Assembly: GCA_035571655.1 (NCBI GenBank)
Contig: DATNCH010000290.1
Span: 541 to 64,540 of the forward strand
From: Pyrinomonadaceae bacterium
GTDB lineage: Bacteria > Acidobacteriota > Blastocatellia > Pyrinomonadales > Pyrinomonadaceae
Reading direction: 5' to 3'
Length of the DNA stretch: 64,000 nt
Numbering within the stretch: the stretch's first letter is position 1; every line of letters starts with the position of its first letter. This document shows positions 16,408 through 25,682 of this stretch, one piece after another. Made by a program: the position numbers and the translations under genes. The notes beneath the pieces were generated by a model. That model was not told the origin of the DNA. It made no database searches and saw nothing but the letters and a program-made list of their open reading frames with translations.

Positions 16408-16695
16408 ATGGCGTACCGCAAAAGACTATTCCTCAATTCGCTCTCAACGGGCTCAACGTCATTCATTCAGGCAACCGCAGAGTCGAGCTTCAATGGTGAA
16501 GATCCGCTGGCAAACTACGTGTTGATTATAGCTGACTGTAATCGCCGCATCATGCTCGATTTTGCTTTGAGCAGTGCCTACATGCGAAAACAGAGCCTCG
16601 CTAAAATTGATCGTCTCGCAAAAGTTGTCAATGAATTTAGGGATGCGGTTCACGCCGAGGCAAAACTAACAGACAGTGCGAACCCAGAACATTAA
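16408..16695 (+). CDS. Hypothetical protein (transposon cargo)
   Basis: Start chosen at ATG (MAYRKRLF...) with a gagg about 9 nt upstream. The ORF track begins at TTG 16336. No recognisable motif. Confidence 0.4.
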   Translation: MAYRKRLFLNSLSTGSTSFIQATAESSFNGEDPLANYVLIIADCNRRIMLDFALSSAYMRKQSLAKIDRLAKVVNEFRDAVHAEAKLTDSANPEH

Positions 16696-16859
16696 GTCTA
16701 ACGCGCCGTACAGAACAGACCTAATTAATGCGGCGATGGGCGCTCAGCGGCTCTCAAATGAAGCTGTTGCTATTGGTCTATCGATGGCAGAAGTATCTAC
16801 GCCCAAAGAGAGATCGTCCTAACCTTGCCCGCGCCGTAGTTGGGTGAGGAAGACTGAAA

Positions 16860-16892
16860 GGCCGGGAATAAGCCCAGATCCCGGCCTTTTGG
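16860..16892 (+). terminator. Putative intrinsic terminator
   Basis: GGCCGGGA...TCCCGGCC followed by TTTTGGTTT. Confidence 0.5.
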
Positions 16893-16946
16893 TTTGTCTG
16901 TCAGTGCCTTATCATTATCTCCAAATTCCTTACGGAGGTACTCGCC

Positions 16947-17126
16947 ATGTCTCAGCCTCAGGGATGCGTTGTCTTGACAGTTATTAGTGGCATCATGGCC
17001 CTGTTCGGGTTAGTCTGTACCTTTGTTGTTCACAGCAAAGATCCGAACGTAAACATATTCTGTAACGTGATGGCGGTAATCGGCATCATTGGAATCATAG
17101 TGAAGGTGATCAGCGCCAGAAGGTGA
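16947..17126 (+). CDS. Small (59 aa) two-TM membrane protein
   Basis: Below the ORF-track cutoff. GGAGG sits 8 nt upstream. The protein MSQPQGCVVLTVISGIMALFGLVCTFVVHSKDPNVNIFCNVMAVIGIIGIIVKVISARR has two hydrophobic helices. Confidence 0.4.
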   Translation: MSQPQGCVVLTVISGIMALFGLVCTFVVHSKDPNVNIFCNVMAVIGIIGIIVKVISARR

Positions 17127-17159
17127 CGGACAAAGACCGTGCCGTACTCTCAAGTCCAG

Positions 17160-17180
17160 ATCTCAGATTAGGACACTACC
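17160..17180. repeat. Right terminal inverted repeat (TIR-R)
   Basis: ATCTCAGATTAGGACACTACC, the exact reverse complement of 11582..11602. Confidence 0.9.
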
Positions 17181-17189
17181 TAAGTCGTG
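17181..17189. repeat. Right copy of the 9-bp target-site duplication TAAGTCGTG
   Basis: Identical to 11573..11581. Confidence 0.85.
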
Positions 17190-18838
17190 CGGTGTTGTTC
17201 GTCCTTGTGTCTTCCCTTCCCGTTTTCGCGCAATCCTGGACTACAAAGCTCGACAAAGACGTTCGCTTCTACCAGGCGACAGATCTGGGCGTCGTCGTCG
17301 CCGGCACGGAAAAATCGCTTTACGCCATCGACGGCGCGACCGGCGAAACGCTTTGGCGACGGAAAGACACTTCGCTCGACGAGACAGACGTCGCGCCCGT
17401 GCCCGGCACTCAACTGCTGCTGTTGAGTTTTGATAAAGGCGACAAGGCACGGATCGAAGCCGTCGATATTCTGACCGGCGATTCGATCTGGCGCAGTGAA
17501 AAGATCAAAGGCGCGGTGATGCAGATGTCGGTCGATCGGGGATCGGATCTGCTCGCCGTCGTGCTCGCGAAGGACGCGAAGAATCGTCCGCGCGAGGGCT
17601 TCAAACGCCGGCCACTAGTGCACGTTTTAAATCTGGCGACTGGCGACGAGCTGTGGAAGTACGAAGTTGGCGAAGTCGAGATGATGCCGGCACGCTGGCC
17701 GGAAGATTCGGATAAAGAAGTTGACTACACGCTCGATAATTATTATCCACCAGCGTTCGTCGCGGGACGGTTGTATGTTTTCTACGAAGGCGTGACTTCG
17801 TTCGACGCACGAACCGGAAAGGAACGGTTGCGCTAGAAGTATCGCGTCAACGAAGAAGGGCTTGCGTTCACGGAAGCCGAGCCGATCTTCACTGAGGAGA
17901 ATATATATGTTTCCGGACACGGGCGCGTGAGAGCGATCTCACGTCAGAATGGCGACACGGAGTGGGAAGCGAAAGATCTCGGACTCACGCCGGAGATGAT
18001 CCTCGCGGGCGATGTTCTCTACGTACGAACCGGAGGACAATTCACGCGGATCAAAGATGGCGACACTGTCGAGCGTGGCTCGTACGGCGTGAGCGCGATT
18101 GACGCGCGGTCAGGCAAAGTGTTGTGGCGTTACAAAGGTGCGGATAAGGGCATCACGAATCTGCTGCTGCCGGATCGAAACACGATTGCGATCGCCGATC
18201 GCGACGATCTCATTTTGCTCGACGCAAGCAACGGAAAACGTACGGCTCGTTTTGCACACAAGATCGAACGTGCTTCATTTGGACTGCTGAATGAACGCGG
18301 CGATGTCGTGATTGGTGGACAATCGGAGATCGTGGGGTTTGATCCTGTGAGTGGCCGGCAGCTCTGGCGCGCGCGACACACACCGCCGGGTCGCGGCGTC
18401 TTTCGCACCGTCGCCGCGATCGCAGCGCGCGCGGCGTCACTCTATTTTCGTTTTGGTAGCCCGGCGATGAGTGCGCGCTCGTCGTTTTCAAATCTTCAGG
18501 CACTTGCGACCGCATCCTCGCGAAAGTACAGAAAAGGCACAAATAGGATTGAAGATAAAATCGTTGAGCGGTTGGATCCTTCACGCCAACTCGATCGTCT
18601 CTCACGATTCCTGTGGCATCGCGAACGGCTGGCGACACTGCGCGGTCACTGGATGTATTTCTACACCGACCTTGACACCCGCGACGGCAACGGCCTTGCC
18701 GGTGTGAACGTCAACAACGGTCGCACCGAACGTGAAGTGCGTCTGCCGGACCTCGACGAACGTTTCGTAACGGACGAAGTTCTCGGCCTGATGTTCGTCG
18801 CATCAGGCAATCGACTGCTCGGCCACCGATTGAACTAA
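17181..18838 (+). pseudogene. PQQ-like (BamB-type) beta-propeller repeat protein, disrupted by the transposon at codon 5 and by an in-frame TAG
   Basis: Repeated ...LYAIDGATGETLWR..., ...VLNLATGDELWKY..., ...AISRQNGDTEWEA..., ...AIDARSGKVLWRY..., ...GFDPVSGRQLWRA... blades. ORFs 17123..17836 and 17927..18838 share a frame, separated only by TAG 17834..17836. Confidence 0.7.
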
Positions 18839-21159
18839 ATTCGAACTCGTCTCAGCCTTAGCGCATTCGCAATCACGGACACTGAGCTGAAGCTCATCGC
18901 GGCTGCCGCGATCATCGGGCTCAAGAGAATTCCGAAGAATGGATACAACACGCCTGCCGCCAGCGGCACGCCAAGCGTGTTGTAGATAAAAGCGAAGAAG
19001 AGATTCTGTTTGATGTTACTCATGGTGGCGCGACTCAATGAGCGCGCCCTGACGATCCCGCTCAGATCTCCTTTCACGAGTGTGACGTCAGCGCTCTTCA
19101 TCGCGACGTCAGTTCCGGTACCCATCGCGATCCCGACGTGCGCTTGCGAGAGTGCAGGCGCGTCGTTGATTCCATCACCCGCCATCGCCACGATTCGCCC
19201 GCCATTCTGAAACCGCTTCACGGCATCGACCTTCTGATCCGGTAAGACTTCCGCGAGGACTTCATCGATGTTCAGTTTGCGTGCAACGACCTCTGCGGTC
19301 GTGCGACTGTCGCCCGTCAGCATCACGATCCGAATTCCTTCTGCGTGAAGTTGTTTCACTGCCTCGGGTGTCGTCTCTTTGATCGGATCTGCGACACCAA
19401 GCAAGCCCGCTACGGTTCCGCCCACGGCGACGAACATCACCGTCTGGCCATCCGCTCTCAATGTTTCGGCCCGCGTTCCCAACGCACCCGGCTCGATCTC
19501 GAGTTCATCAAGCAGCGCGCGATTCCCAAGCGCCACTCGACGATCATCGACCTCTCCCACGACTCCTTTACCTGTTAGCGAATCAAACCGAACCGTGTCG
19601 ACAGGCTTCACACCGCGATCTCTCGCGCCCGACACAATCGCTGCTGCGAGCGGGTGTTCGCTGTTTCGCTCGATACTCGCTGCGAATCGCAACAACGTTT
19701 GTTCGTCCATTCCGTTCGCAGTGATCACGGTTTGCAGCTTCGGCTTCCCTTCTGTCAACGTGCCTGTTTTATCGACGACGAGCGTATCGACTTTGCGCAT
19801 CACCTCGATGGCTTCAGCATTCCTGAACAGCACTCCGTACGACGCCGCTTTTCCTGTGGCCACCATGATCGACATCGGAGTCGCCAATCCGAGCGCGCAC
19901 GGACACGCGATGATCAGCACGGCGACCGCGTTCACTAATCCATACGCCATGCGCGGTTCAGGGCCCCAGATGCTCCACACGACAAACGTAAGCACCGCAA
20001 TAATCACGACCGCCGGCACGAAATAACTCGAAACGACGTCAGCAAGCCGCTGTATCGGCGCGCGGCTGCGCTGCGCTTCCGCGACCATCTGCACGATCTG
20101 TGCGAGGAGTGTCTCCGAGCCGACACGCTCAGCACGCATAATGAACGAGCCCGTGCCATTCACTGTGCCGCCCACAACTCGATCATTTGGACCTTTCTCA
20201 ACTGGAATCGGCTCACCCGTGATCATCGACTCGTCGACAGCGCTCGTTCCTTCGGTCACTACACCATCGACCGGTACTTTTTCTCCCGGCCGTACTCGCA
20301 GTCGATCGCCGACAGAAATGTGTTCCAGTGGAACGTCTTCCTCGGTGCCGCCTTCTCTGACGCGGCGCGCTGTCTTCGGTGCGAGACCGAGCAACGCCCT
20401 TATCGCCGTACCCGTCTGCCCGCGCGCGCGAAGTTCGAGCACCTGGCCCAGCAACACCAGCGCCGTGATAACCGACGCTGCCTCGAAGTAGACAGGAACG
20501 TTACCGTGATGATCTCGAAACGATGCTGGAAAAATTCCGGGTGCGAGGATGGCGATCACGCTGAAGAGATAGCTGACAGCGACACCCAGACCAATCAACG
20601 TGAACATGTTCAGATTGCGATTCACGACCGACTGCCACGCGCGTACGAAGAACGGCCAGCCGGCCCACAGCACCACGGGTGTCGCCAGAACAAGTTGCAC
20701 CCACGCCAGCGTCGACGCCGGTATCAACTTTTGCAAAGGCTGACCGGGAATAAGGTCGCTCATCCCGAGCACGAACACAGGAATCGCGAGAGCAACAGCA
20801 ACCCAGAACCGGCGTGACATGTCGCGCAGTTCCGGATTCTCTTCGTCGAGAGTGGCGACGAGGGGTTCGAGCGCCATGCCGCAGATGGGACAACTCCCGG
20901 GCGCGTCGCGAATGATCTCGGGATGCATCGGGCAGGTGTATTTCTGACCAGGCGTCGTTGCGGTTTGTTTCGGCGCTCGAGCGATGCCGATCGGAGTCGA
21001 TTTAGTCAGAAAGCTTTCCGGGTTTTCCCGAAAGCGGTGCAGGCAGTGTGTGCTACAGAAATAGTAAGTCTTGCCCTGGTACTCAAATGAGCCGGCTGCG
21101 CGGTCCGGATCGACAGTCATACCGCAAACCGGATCGAGTGCCTGTGCTGCTGTTTGCAT
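18835..21159 (-). CDS. copA: Copper-translocating P1B-type ATPase
   Basis: CPC ([13 protein letters not shown]), [19 protein letters not shown]. The N-terminus has a TRASH/YHS-like CGMTV...YYFCSTHC and a CPMHPE...CPICGM motif. Confidence 0.9.
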   Translation of the reverse strand: MQTAAQALDPVCGMTVDPDRAAGSFEYQGKTYYFCSTHCLHRFRENPESFLTKSTPIGIARAPKQTATTPGQKYTCPMHPEIIRDAPGSCPICGMALEPLVATLDEENPELRDMSRRFWVAVALAIPVFVLGMSDLIPGQPLQKLIPASTLAWVQLVLATPVVLWAGWPFFVRAWQSVVNRNLNMFTLIGLGVAVSYLFSVIAILAPGIFPASFRDHHGNVPVYFEAASVITALVLLGQVLELRARGQTGTAIRALLGLAPKTARRVREGGTEEDVPLEHISVGDRLRVRPGEKVPVDGVVTEGTSAVDESMITGEPIPVEKGPNDRVVGGTVNGTGSFIMRAERVGSETLLAQIVQMVAEAQRSRAPIQRLADVVSSYFVPAVVIIAVLTFVVWSIWGPEPRMAYGLVNAVAVLIIACPCALGLATPMSIMVATGKAASYGVLFRNAEAIEVMRKVDTLVVDKTGTLTEGKPKLQTVITANGMDEQTLLRFAASIERNSEHPLAAAIVSGARDRGVKPVDTVRFDSLTGKGVVGEVDDRRVALGNRALLDELEIEPGALGTRAETLRADGQTVMFVAVGGTVAGLLGVADPIKETTPEAVKQLHAEGIRIVMLTGDSRTTAEVVARKLNIDEVLAEVLPDQKVDAVKRFQNGGRIVAMAGDGINDAPALSQAHVGIAMGTGTDVAMKSADVTLVKGDLSGIVRARSLSRATMSNIKQNLFFAFIYNTLGVPLAAGVLYPFFGILLSPMIAAAAMSFSSVSVIANALRLRRVRI

Positions 21160-21174
21160 ACAGTTTTGATTTAC

Positions 21175-21262
21175 CTCTGCGGCCCTCTGCGTATCTCTGC
21201 GTTCTCTGCGTCAAAAATGTTCTTAACGCAGAGGACGCAGAGATACGCAGAGTTACGCAGAG
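21175..21262. repeat. Family-B palindromic element
   Basis: CTCTGCGGCCCTCTGCGTATCTCTGCGTTCTCTGCG...CGCAGAGGACGCAGAGATACGCAGAGTTACGCAGAG, between the copA start and the PPTase stop. Confidence 0.9.
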
Positions 21263-21999
21263 AAATACCTCATGTCCGACACCGCTCCCTCAATCGCAAG
21301 CGCTGCTGCGTAATCCTGCCCGACATCAATATCACACATGGACCAGCGCGACGCATCATCGTCTGCGACACGCAACAACTCAGCCTCGACACCTGGACCA
21401 AGCGTCACATCAAACCCATCGAGCGCCTGCGAAAGCCCGCGACCCGTGGCTTTGATAAACGCCTCCTTCCGCGTCCAGCAACGAAAAAACGCCGCCACCT
21501 GCTCTTCCCGCGCCAGGGTATTGAACACGTCGACTTCACAACGTGAAAAGTAGCGCCGCGCGATTTCCTCGGTCGCAAAGTCTGCCCTGATATGTTCTAC
21601 GTCGACCCCGATATGCCGCTCCTCGGTGATCGCCAGCAGTCCAACGTCATGCGAATGTGACATATTGAATCGCAACTTTGTGTCTTTATGTTCGCCATTT
21701 AACGCCGGCTTGCCATAAGCGCCGTAAGAAAACTCCAGCACCTGCGGCCGCGACTGCAAATACCGCCCGAGCACGTCGCGCAAAAATCCCCGGCCCACGA
21801 TAAACGCCCGTCGATGTCGTTCAAAATGAAAGCGACTCGCGCGCTGAAGTTCCTCTGCGTCCAGCGTCGTGCGAAACCCATTCACTACCTCGTTCGTCTG
21901 TTCTAGGTCCACGTGCCACACGTGCACCTCACCGCTGTTAAGCGATACGACGTCCGGCGGCTGCGACCATATGGAAGAGTTGGCCCTCAACGCATTCAT
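21253..21999 (-). CDS. 4'-phosphopantetheinyl transferase, Sfp type
   Basis: GVDVEHIR, FFRCWTRKEAFIKATGRGLS and a W/KEA motif pattern. Confidence 0.8.
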   Translation of the reverse strand: MNALRANSSIWSQPPDVVSLNSGEVHVWHVDLEQTNEVVNGFRTTLDAEELQRASRFHFERHRRAFIVGRGFLRDVLGRYLQSRPQVLEFSYGAYGKPALNGEHKDTKLRFNMSHSHDVGLLAITEERHIGVDVEHIRADFATEEIARRYFSRCEVDVFNTLAREEQVAAFFRCWTRKEAFIKATGRGLSQALDGFDVTLGPGVEAELLRVADDDASRWSMCDIDVGQDYAAALAIEGAVSDMRYFSA

Positions 22000-22192
22000 T
22001 CTTTCGTGTCTCTTTACGCGTCGTCAAATCGGCGCCACAAAAGACAACTTTTCATGTGTAAATACTTATTAGAATTCGGTCCAGCCGTTGTATAGTAGGT
22101 TTGTCTCAGGTCAGTTCCAGTCTCCCAGTTCTATCCCCCGACTTCTTTGCGAAGAGCTTGCACGATCGATCTGCCTCGGGAGGGGGGCCGCA

Positions 22193-25100
22193 ATGTCGCG
22201 AATTATCTTCTGCATTGTCCGCATAAGTATGTGCGGACTTTTTGTTGTGTCCGCAATGATCACGGCGAACGCTCAATTCAGAGCGGGCGTCCAGGGAACG
22301 ATATCCGACGTGAATGGCGGCCTCGTGCCCGGCGCCAGAATCGTTCTTAAAGATACGGAAACCGGAAAAACTCAGGAAGTGACAAGTAGCGAGGCAGGGT
22401 TTTACCGCATTGTCGGCCTGGCGCCGGGCAAATACGAACTCACCGTCGAGAAGACAGGCTACAACAAGAGTCTCGCGGAGAATGTGACCGTCGTGGCAGA
22501 GAGTATTCAAGGTGTCGACGTCATTCTCGAGACGGGCGACGTCACGGCCACGGTTACGATCACGCAAGAAGCAGCCTCACAAATCGAAACCGAGAACGCG
22601 AACGTCAATAAAGCCATCACGACTGCCGAGGTCAAACGACTGCCGCAGATCGGTCGCGATCCTTACGAGTTGGCCCGGCTCACGCCTGGCATATTTGGTG
22701 ACGCAGGGCGGAGTCCAAATGGAAACGCCAATGGCCTGCCGAATTCTCCCGGACCAGGAGGGTCGAACAATTCGATTTTTCAGGCCGAAAATCAAGTACC
22801 GATCAGCGCGAACGGTCAGCGCATCTCAGCGAACAATTTTCAGATCGACGGTGTCAGCGTAAACAGTCTCAGTCACGGTGGCGCTGCGGTGGTTACGCCG
22901 AACCAGGAATCGGTGAAAGAGATCCAAATCTCATCGTCAAGTTATTCTGCCGAGGATGGTAGAAATTCTGGCGCACAGATCAAAGTCGTCTCACAAAACG
23001 GGACCAACGATTTTCATGGCAGCGCGTTTCTCAAATACAACAGTCCAAAGCTCAACGCTTTTAATAAGTATCCTAACGACTTTGGGCGAGGACGCCTCGA
23101 AAGAGTCGAGCGGTTCTATCGTCAATTCGGTGGGAGCTTAGGTGGCCCACTTTACTTACCGCGCTTCGGAGAAGGTGGTCCAGCAGTTTACAACGGCAAG
23201 AATCGAATGTTCTTCTTTTTCTCGTACGAAGGACTGCGGGAAAATACAACCTCGCTTTCGACCGGTTACGTTGAGACGCCGCAATTCCGGCAAAGCGTCA
23301 TCAGCGCTCGTCCGGGCGGAGTCACCGCCGCAGTGCTCGGTAGCTCCGGCGTTCAGCCGCGGCTCGGCGGCCTGCTCACGTCGAGTTGTTCGGACATCGA
23401 CGCTCGTTTTCTGTGCCAGGTTGTTCCCGGCGGTTTGGATATCGGATCGCTGGGCGGTTCGTTGAACCAATATGTTCCGCTTTCAAGCCTTAGCGGCGGC
23501 GGCCTTGACGGCATACCTGACGTTCAAAAAGCCATCATCGCTGAGCCGAGACATAACACACCCAATCAGTACAATGTCCGCCTGGATTTCAACCCGACTT
23601 CGAATGATCAATTAACTTTCAGCACGTATCTCACCAGGATCTTCCAGATAAATTCCGATACCGGCGGTGCGGCGCGTCCGCAAACTGACGTCACGACCGC
23701 GCCTCACAACACGGCCTACGCCGTCTTGTACAACCGCACGATATCCCCGACGTTGCTGAACGAAGCGCGTTTCAACTTCACCAAATTCGCTTACAACGAA
23801 CTCGAGACTTCGACGGATACAAACTTCGGTATTCCCCGGCTCGAAGTCGAGGGCATGTTGCGTGACGGCAGTCGAATTCGGTTCGGCGCGCCGCAAGCTG
23901 AAACAACTCCCGGAGTTTTCTCCGAAAAGACATTTGAATTTCGCGATATATTAAACAACGTACGAGGAAATCACGGGCTGAGATTTGGTGGCGAGTTTCG
24001 TCGAGAGCTTAACGATAACATTCTCAACGGCGGCTCGCGTCCTTTGTACAGCTTTGTGGGTCTCTTCAACCTGGCGAACGATACGCCGATCTTCTACCAG
24101 ATCAATGCCGATCCCGAGACAGGCGGAATTGCGAACGCAGAACGCCATTTCCGCTCCAGCAGCTACGGCGTGTTTTTTCAGGACGATTGGAAAGCACGGC
24201 CCAATCTCACGCTGAACATGGGTTTGCGCTATGAGTACTTCGGCGTGCTCAAGGAACAGAACAACCAAACTGCGAACTTTGTATTTGGACCAGGCGGAGC
24301 TTTGGCCGGCTCGAGAGTCGAACCGGTCAGTCAGCTATACAACGGCGATCGAAACAACTTCGCGCCGCGGATCGGTTTTGCTTACAGTCCGAGACGTTTT
24401 GATCTTCAGGAAAAGCTGGTGCTTCGTGGCGGATTCGGTATCGCCTATAACCGTATTCCCGAAGTCGTCTTCTCAAACATGCGTGGCAATCCGCCGTTCT
24501 TCGCGCGATATCAGATCTGTTGTGGAACCGCGGGGCAACCGTTAGACTCATTTGGCTCACCTTTCGTGGACGGGCAGATTCAGTATTCGCTTGGTAGCAG
24601 TAATTCGCCCTTTAGTTATCCGGCAAATCCTGCACTCGCAGTTGGCATCGATCCAGCGACCGGCACTCCTCCAGGCCGGCAGGTTGAGATCTACGGGGCT
24701 CTTCCGGACACGCCGACAGCTTATGTCTACTACTATTCACTCGAGACGCAGTACGCAATGCCATACAACCTTGTGGCGACGGTCGGTTACCAGGGTAGTT
24801 CCAGTCACAAACTGATTCGTCTCGTGAATCAACGATTTGTTCAATCGGTGATTCCGAACGACTATTTTGCGTTTGCAGTGTACATCCCGACACCGGACGT
24901 GAACTCGAATTACAACGCGATGAACGCGCGACTGACACGTCGATTCAGTCGCGGATTTCAATTTGACGTTCTCTATCGCTGGGCCAAGAGCATTGATACG
25001 TTATCCAACGAAGGACCGGGCGCGGAAACTAATCAGACGTTTCCACAGGATCTGAGCCAGGAGCGTGGTCCATCCGACTTCGACGTGCGACACAATTTCA

Positions 25101-25666
25101 ACCTCTCTGGTCTGTGGGATCTTCCGTTCCTCCGCGGTCGCAAAGACGTAGCCGGCAAGATACTCGGCGGTTGGCAGGTCGACGGGATATTGACCTATCA
25201 CACGGGTTTTCCGTGGACGCCCCACGCCGGAGCCTGTACACGCACTGCGAATTCGAACGATTTCGTCTGTCCGGCGCGTCCGACGATATACCTCGGTGGA
25301 AATCTCGAGGATACAGACAACGAAGCATTCATCAGGCCAGGAGGAAATTTCCCGGGTGGTGGAAACCTTTACTTCCAGTCGAGTAATCCGGATCTGCGCC
25401 TTCCGCCGGGGATCGGTCGCAATTCCTTCCGTGGTCCAAGGTACTTTGCCGTAGACTTCAGTTTAGGCAAACGAACTGGTCTGCCGTCGTTTCTCGGAGA
25501 AGGAGCGTTCCTGGAAGTCAAAGCAAACTTCTTCAATGCATTTAACAATCTGAATCTCGCTCCGTTTGAGTTCTTTGCGCCGGATATCAATAGTTCTGAC
25601 TTCGGCCGTGCGCAGAGTGCACTTGCGGGAAGGGTTGTGGAGTTCCAGGCGAGATTCAATTTCTAG
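22193..25666 (+). CDS. TonB-dependent receptor-like outer-membrane protein with an N-terminal CarboxypepD_reg domain
   Basis: Start chosen at MSRIIFCIVRISMCGLFVVSAMITANAQ, preceded by a G-rich RBS. It has a carboxypeptidase-regulatory-like beta-sandwich (GTISDVNGGLVPGARIVLKD...GKYELTVEKTGY), a long beta-barrel-type sequence and a C-terminal ...QARFNF. Confidence 0.8.
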   Translation: MSRIIFCIVRISMCGLFVVSAMITANAQFRAGVQGTISDVNGGLVPGARIVLKDTETGKTQEVTSSEAGFYRIVGLAPGKYELTVEKTGYNKSLAENVTVVAESIQGVDVILETGDVTATVTITQEAASQIETENANVNKAITTAEVKRLPQIGRDPYELARLTPGIFGDAGRSPNGNANGLPNSPGPGGSNNSIFQAENQVPISANGQRISANNFQIDGVSVNSLSHGGAAVVTPNQESVKEIQISSSSYSAEDGRNSGAQIKVVSQNGTNDFHGSAFLKYNSPKLNAFNKYPNDFGRGRLERVERFYRQFGGSLGGPLYLPRFGEGGPAVYNGKNRMFFFFSYEGLRENTTSLSTGYVETPQFRQSVISARPGGVTAAVLGSSGVQPRLGGLLTSSCSDIDARFLCQVVPGGLDIGSLGGSLNQYVPLSSLSGGGLDGIPDVQKAIIAEPRHNTPNQYNVRLDFNPTSNDQLTFSTYLTRIFQINSDTGGAARPQTDVTTAPHNTAYAVLYNRTISPTLLNEARFNFTKFAYNELETSTDTNFGIPRLEVEGMLRDGSRIRFGAPQAETTPGVFSEKTFEFRDILNNVRGNHGLRFGGEFRRELNDNILNGGSRPLYSFVGLFNLANDTPIFYQINADPETGGIANAERHFRSSSYGVFFQDDWKARPNLTLNMGLRYEYFGVLKEQNNQTANFVFGPGGALAGSRVEPVSQLYNGDRNNFAPRIGFAYSPRRFDLQEKLVLRGGFGIAYNRIPEVVFSNMRGNPPFFARYQICCGTAGQPLDSFGSPFVDGQIQYSLGSSNSPFSYPANPALAVGIDPATGTPPGRQVEIYGALPDTPTAYVYYYSLETQYAMPYNLVATVGYQGSSSHKLIRLVNQRFVQSVIPNDYFAFAVYIPTPDVNSNYNAMNARLTRRFSRGFQFDVLYRWAKSIDTLSNEGPGAETNQTFPQDLSQERGPSDFDVRHNFNLSGLWDLPFLRGRKDVAGKILGGWQVDGILTYHTGFPWTPHAGACTRTANSNDFVCPARPTIYLGGNLEDTDNEAFIRPGGNFPGGGNLYFQSSNPDLRLPPGIGRNSFRGPRYFAVDFSLGKRTGLPSFLGEGAFLEVKANFFNAFNNLNLAPFEFFAPDINSSDFGRAQSALAGRVVEFQARFNF

Positions 25667-25682
25667 TACACAGATTACACAG

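Larger units (their letters stand above)
11582..17180. mobile_element. IS1-family cargo transposon, 5,599 bp
   Basis: Perfect 21-bp TIRs GGTAGTGTCCTAATCTGAGAT, 9-bp TSD and an internal IS1-like transposase gene. Hand counts on a few lines show it is AT-richer than the flanks. It interrupts a host ORF at codon 5. Confidence 0.85.

Noticed and set aside
16730-16849. 39-aa ORF (MRRWALSGSQMKLLLLVYRWQKYLRPKRDRPNLARAVVG) just before the terminator at 16860.
   Set aside because: It is too short, has no clear RBS, and its only support is position. I do not report it as a gene.
14413-17836. The tRNA-like gene as an amber suppressor for the in-frame TAG at 17834.
   Set aside because: No CUA lies in any loop of the RNA; the only CTA is in the T-stem. 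The TAG-containing gene is independently disrupted by the transposon, so pseudogenisation is the simpler explanation.
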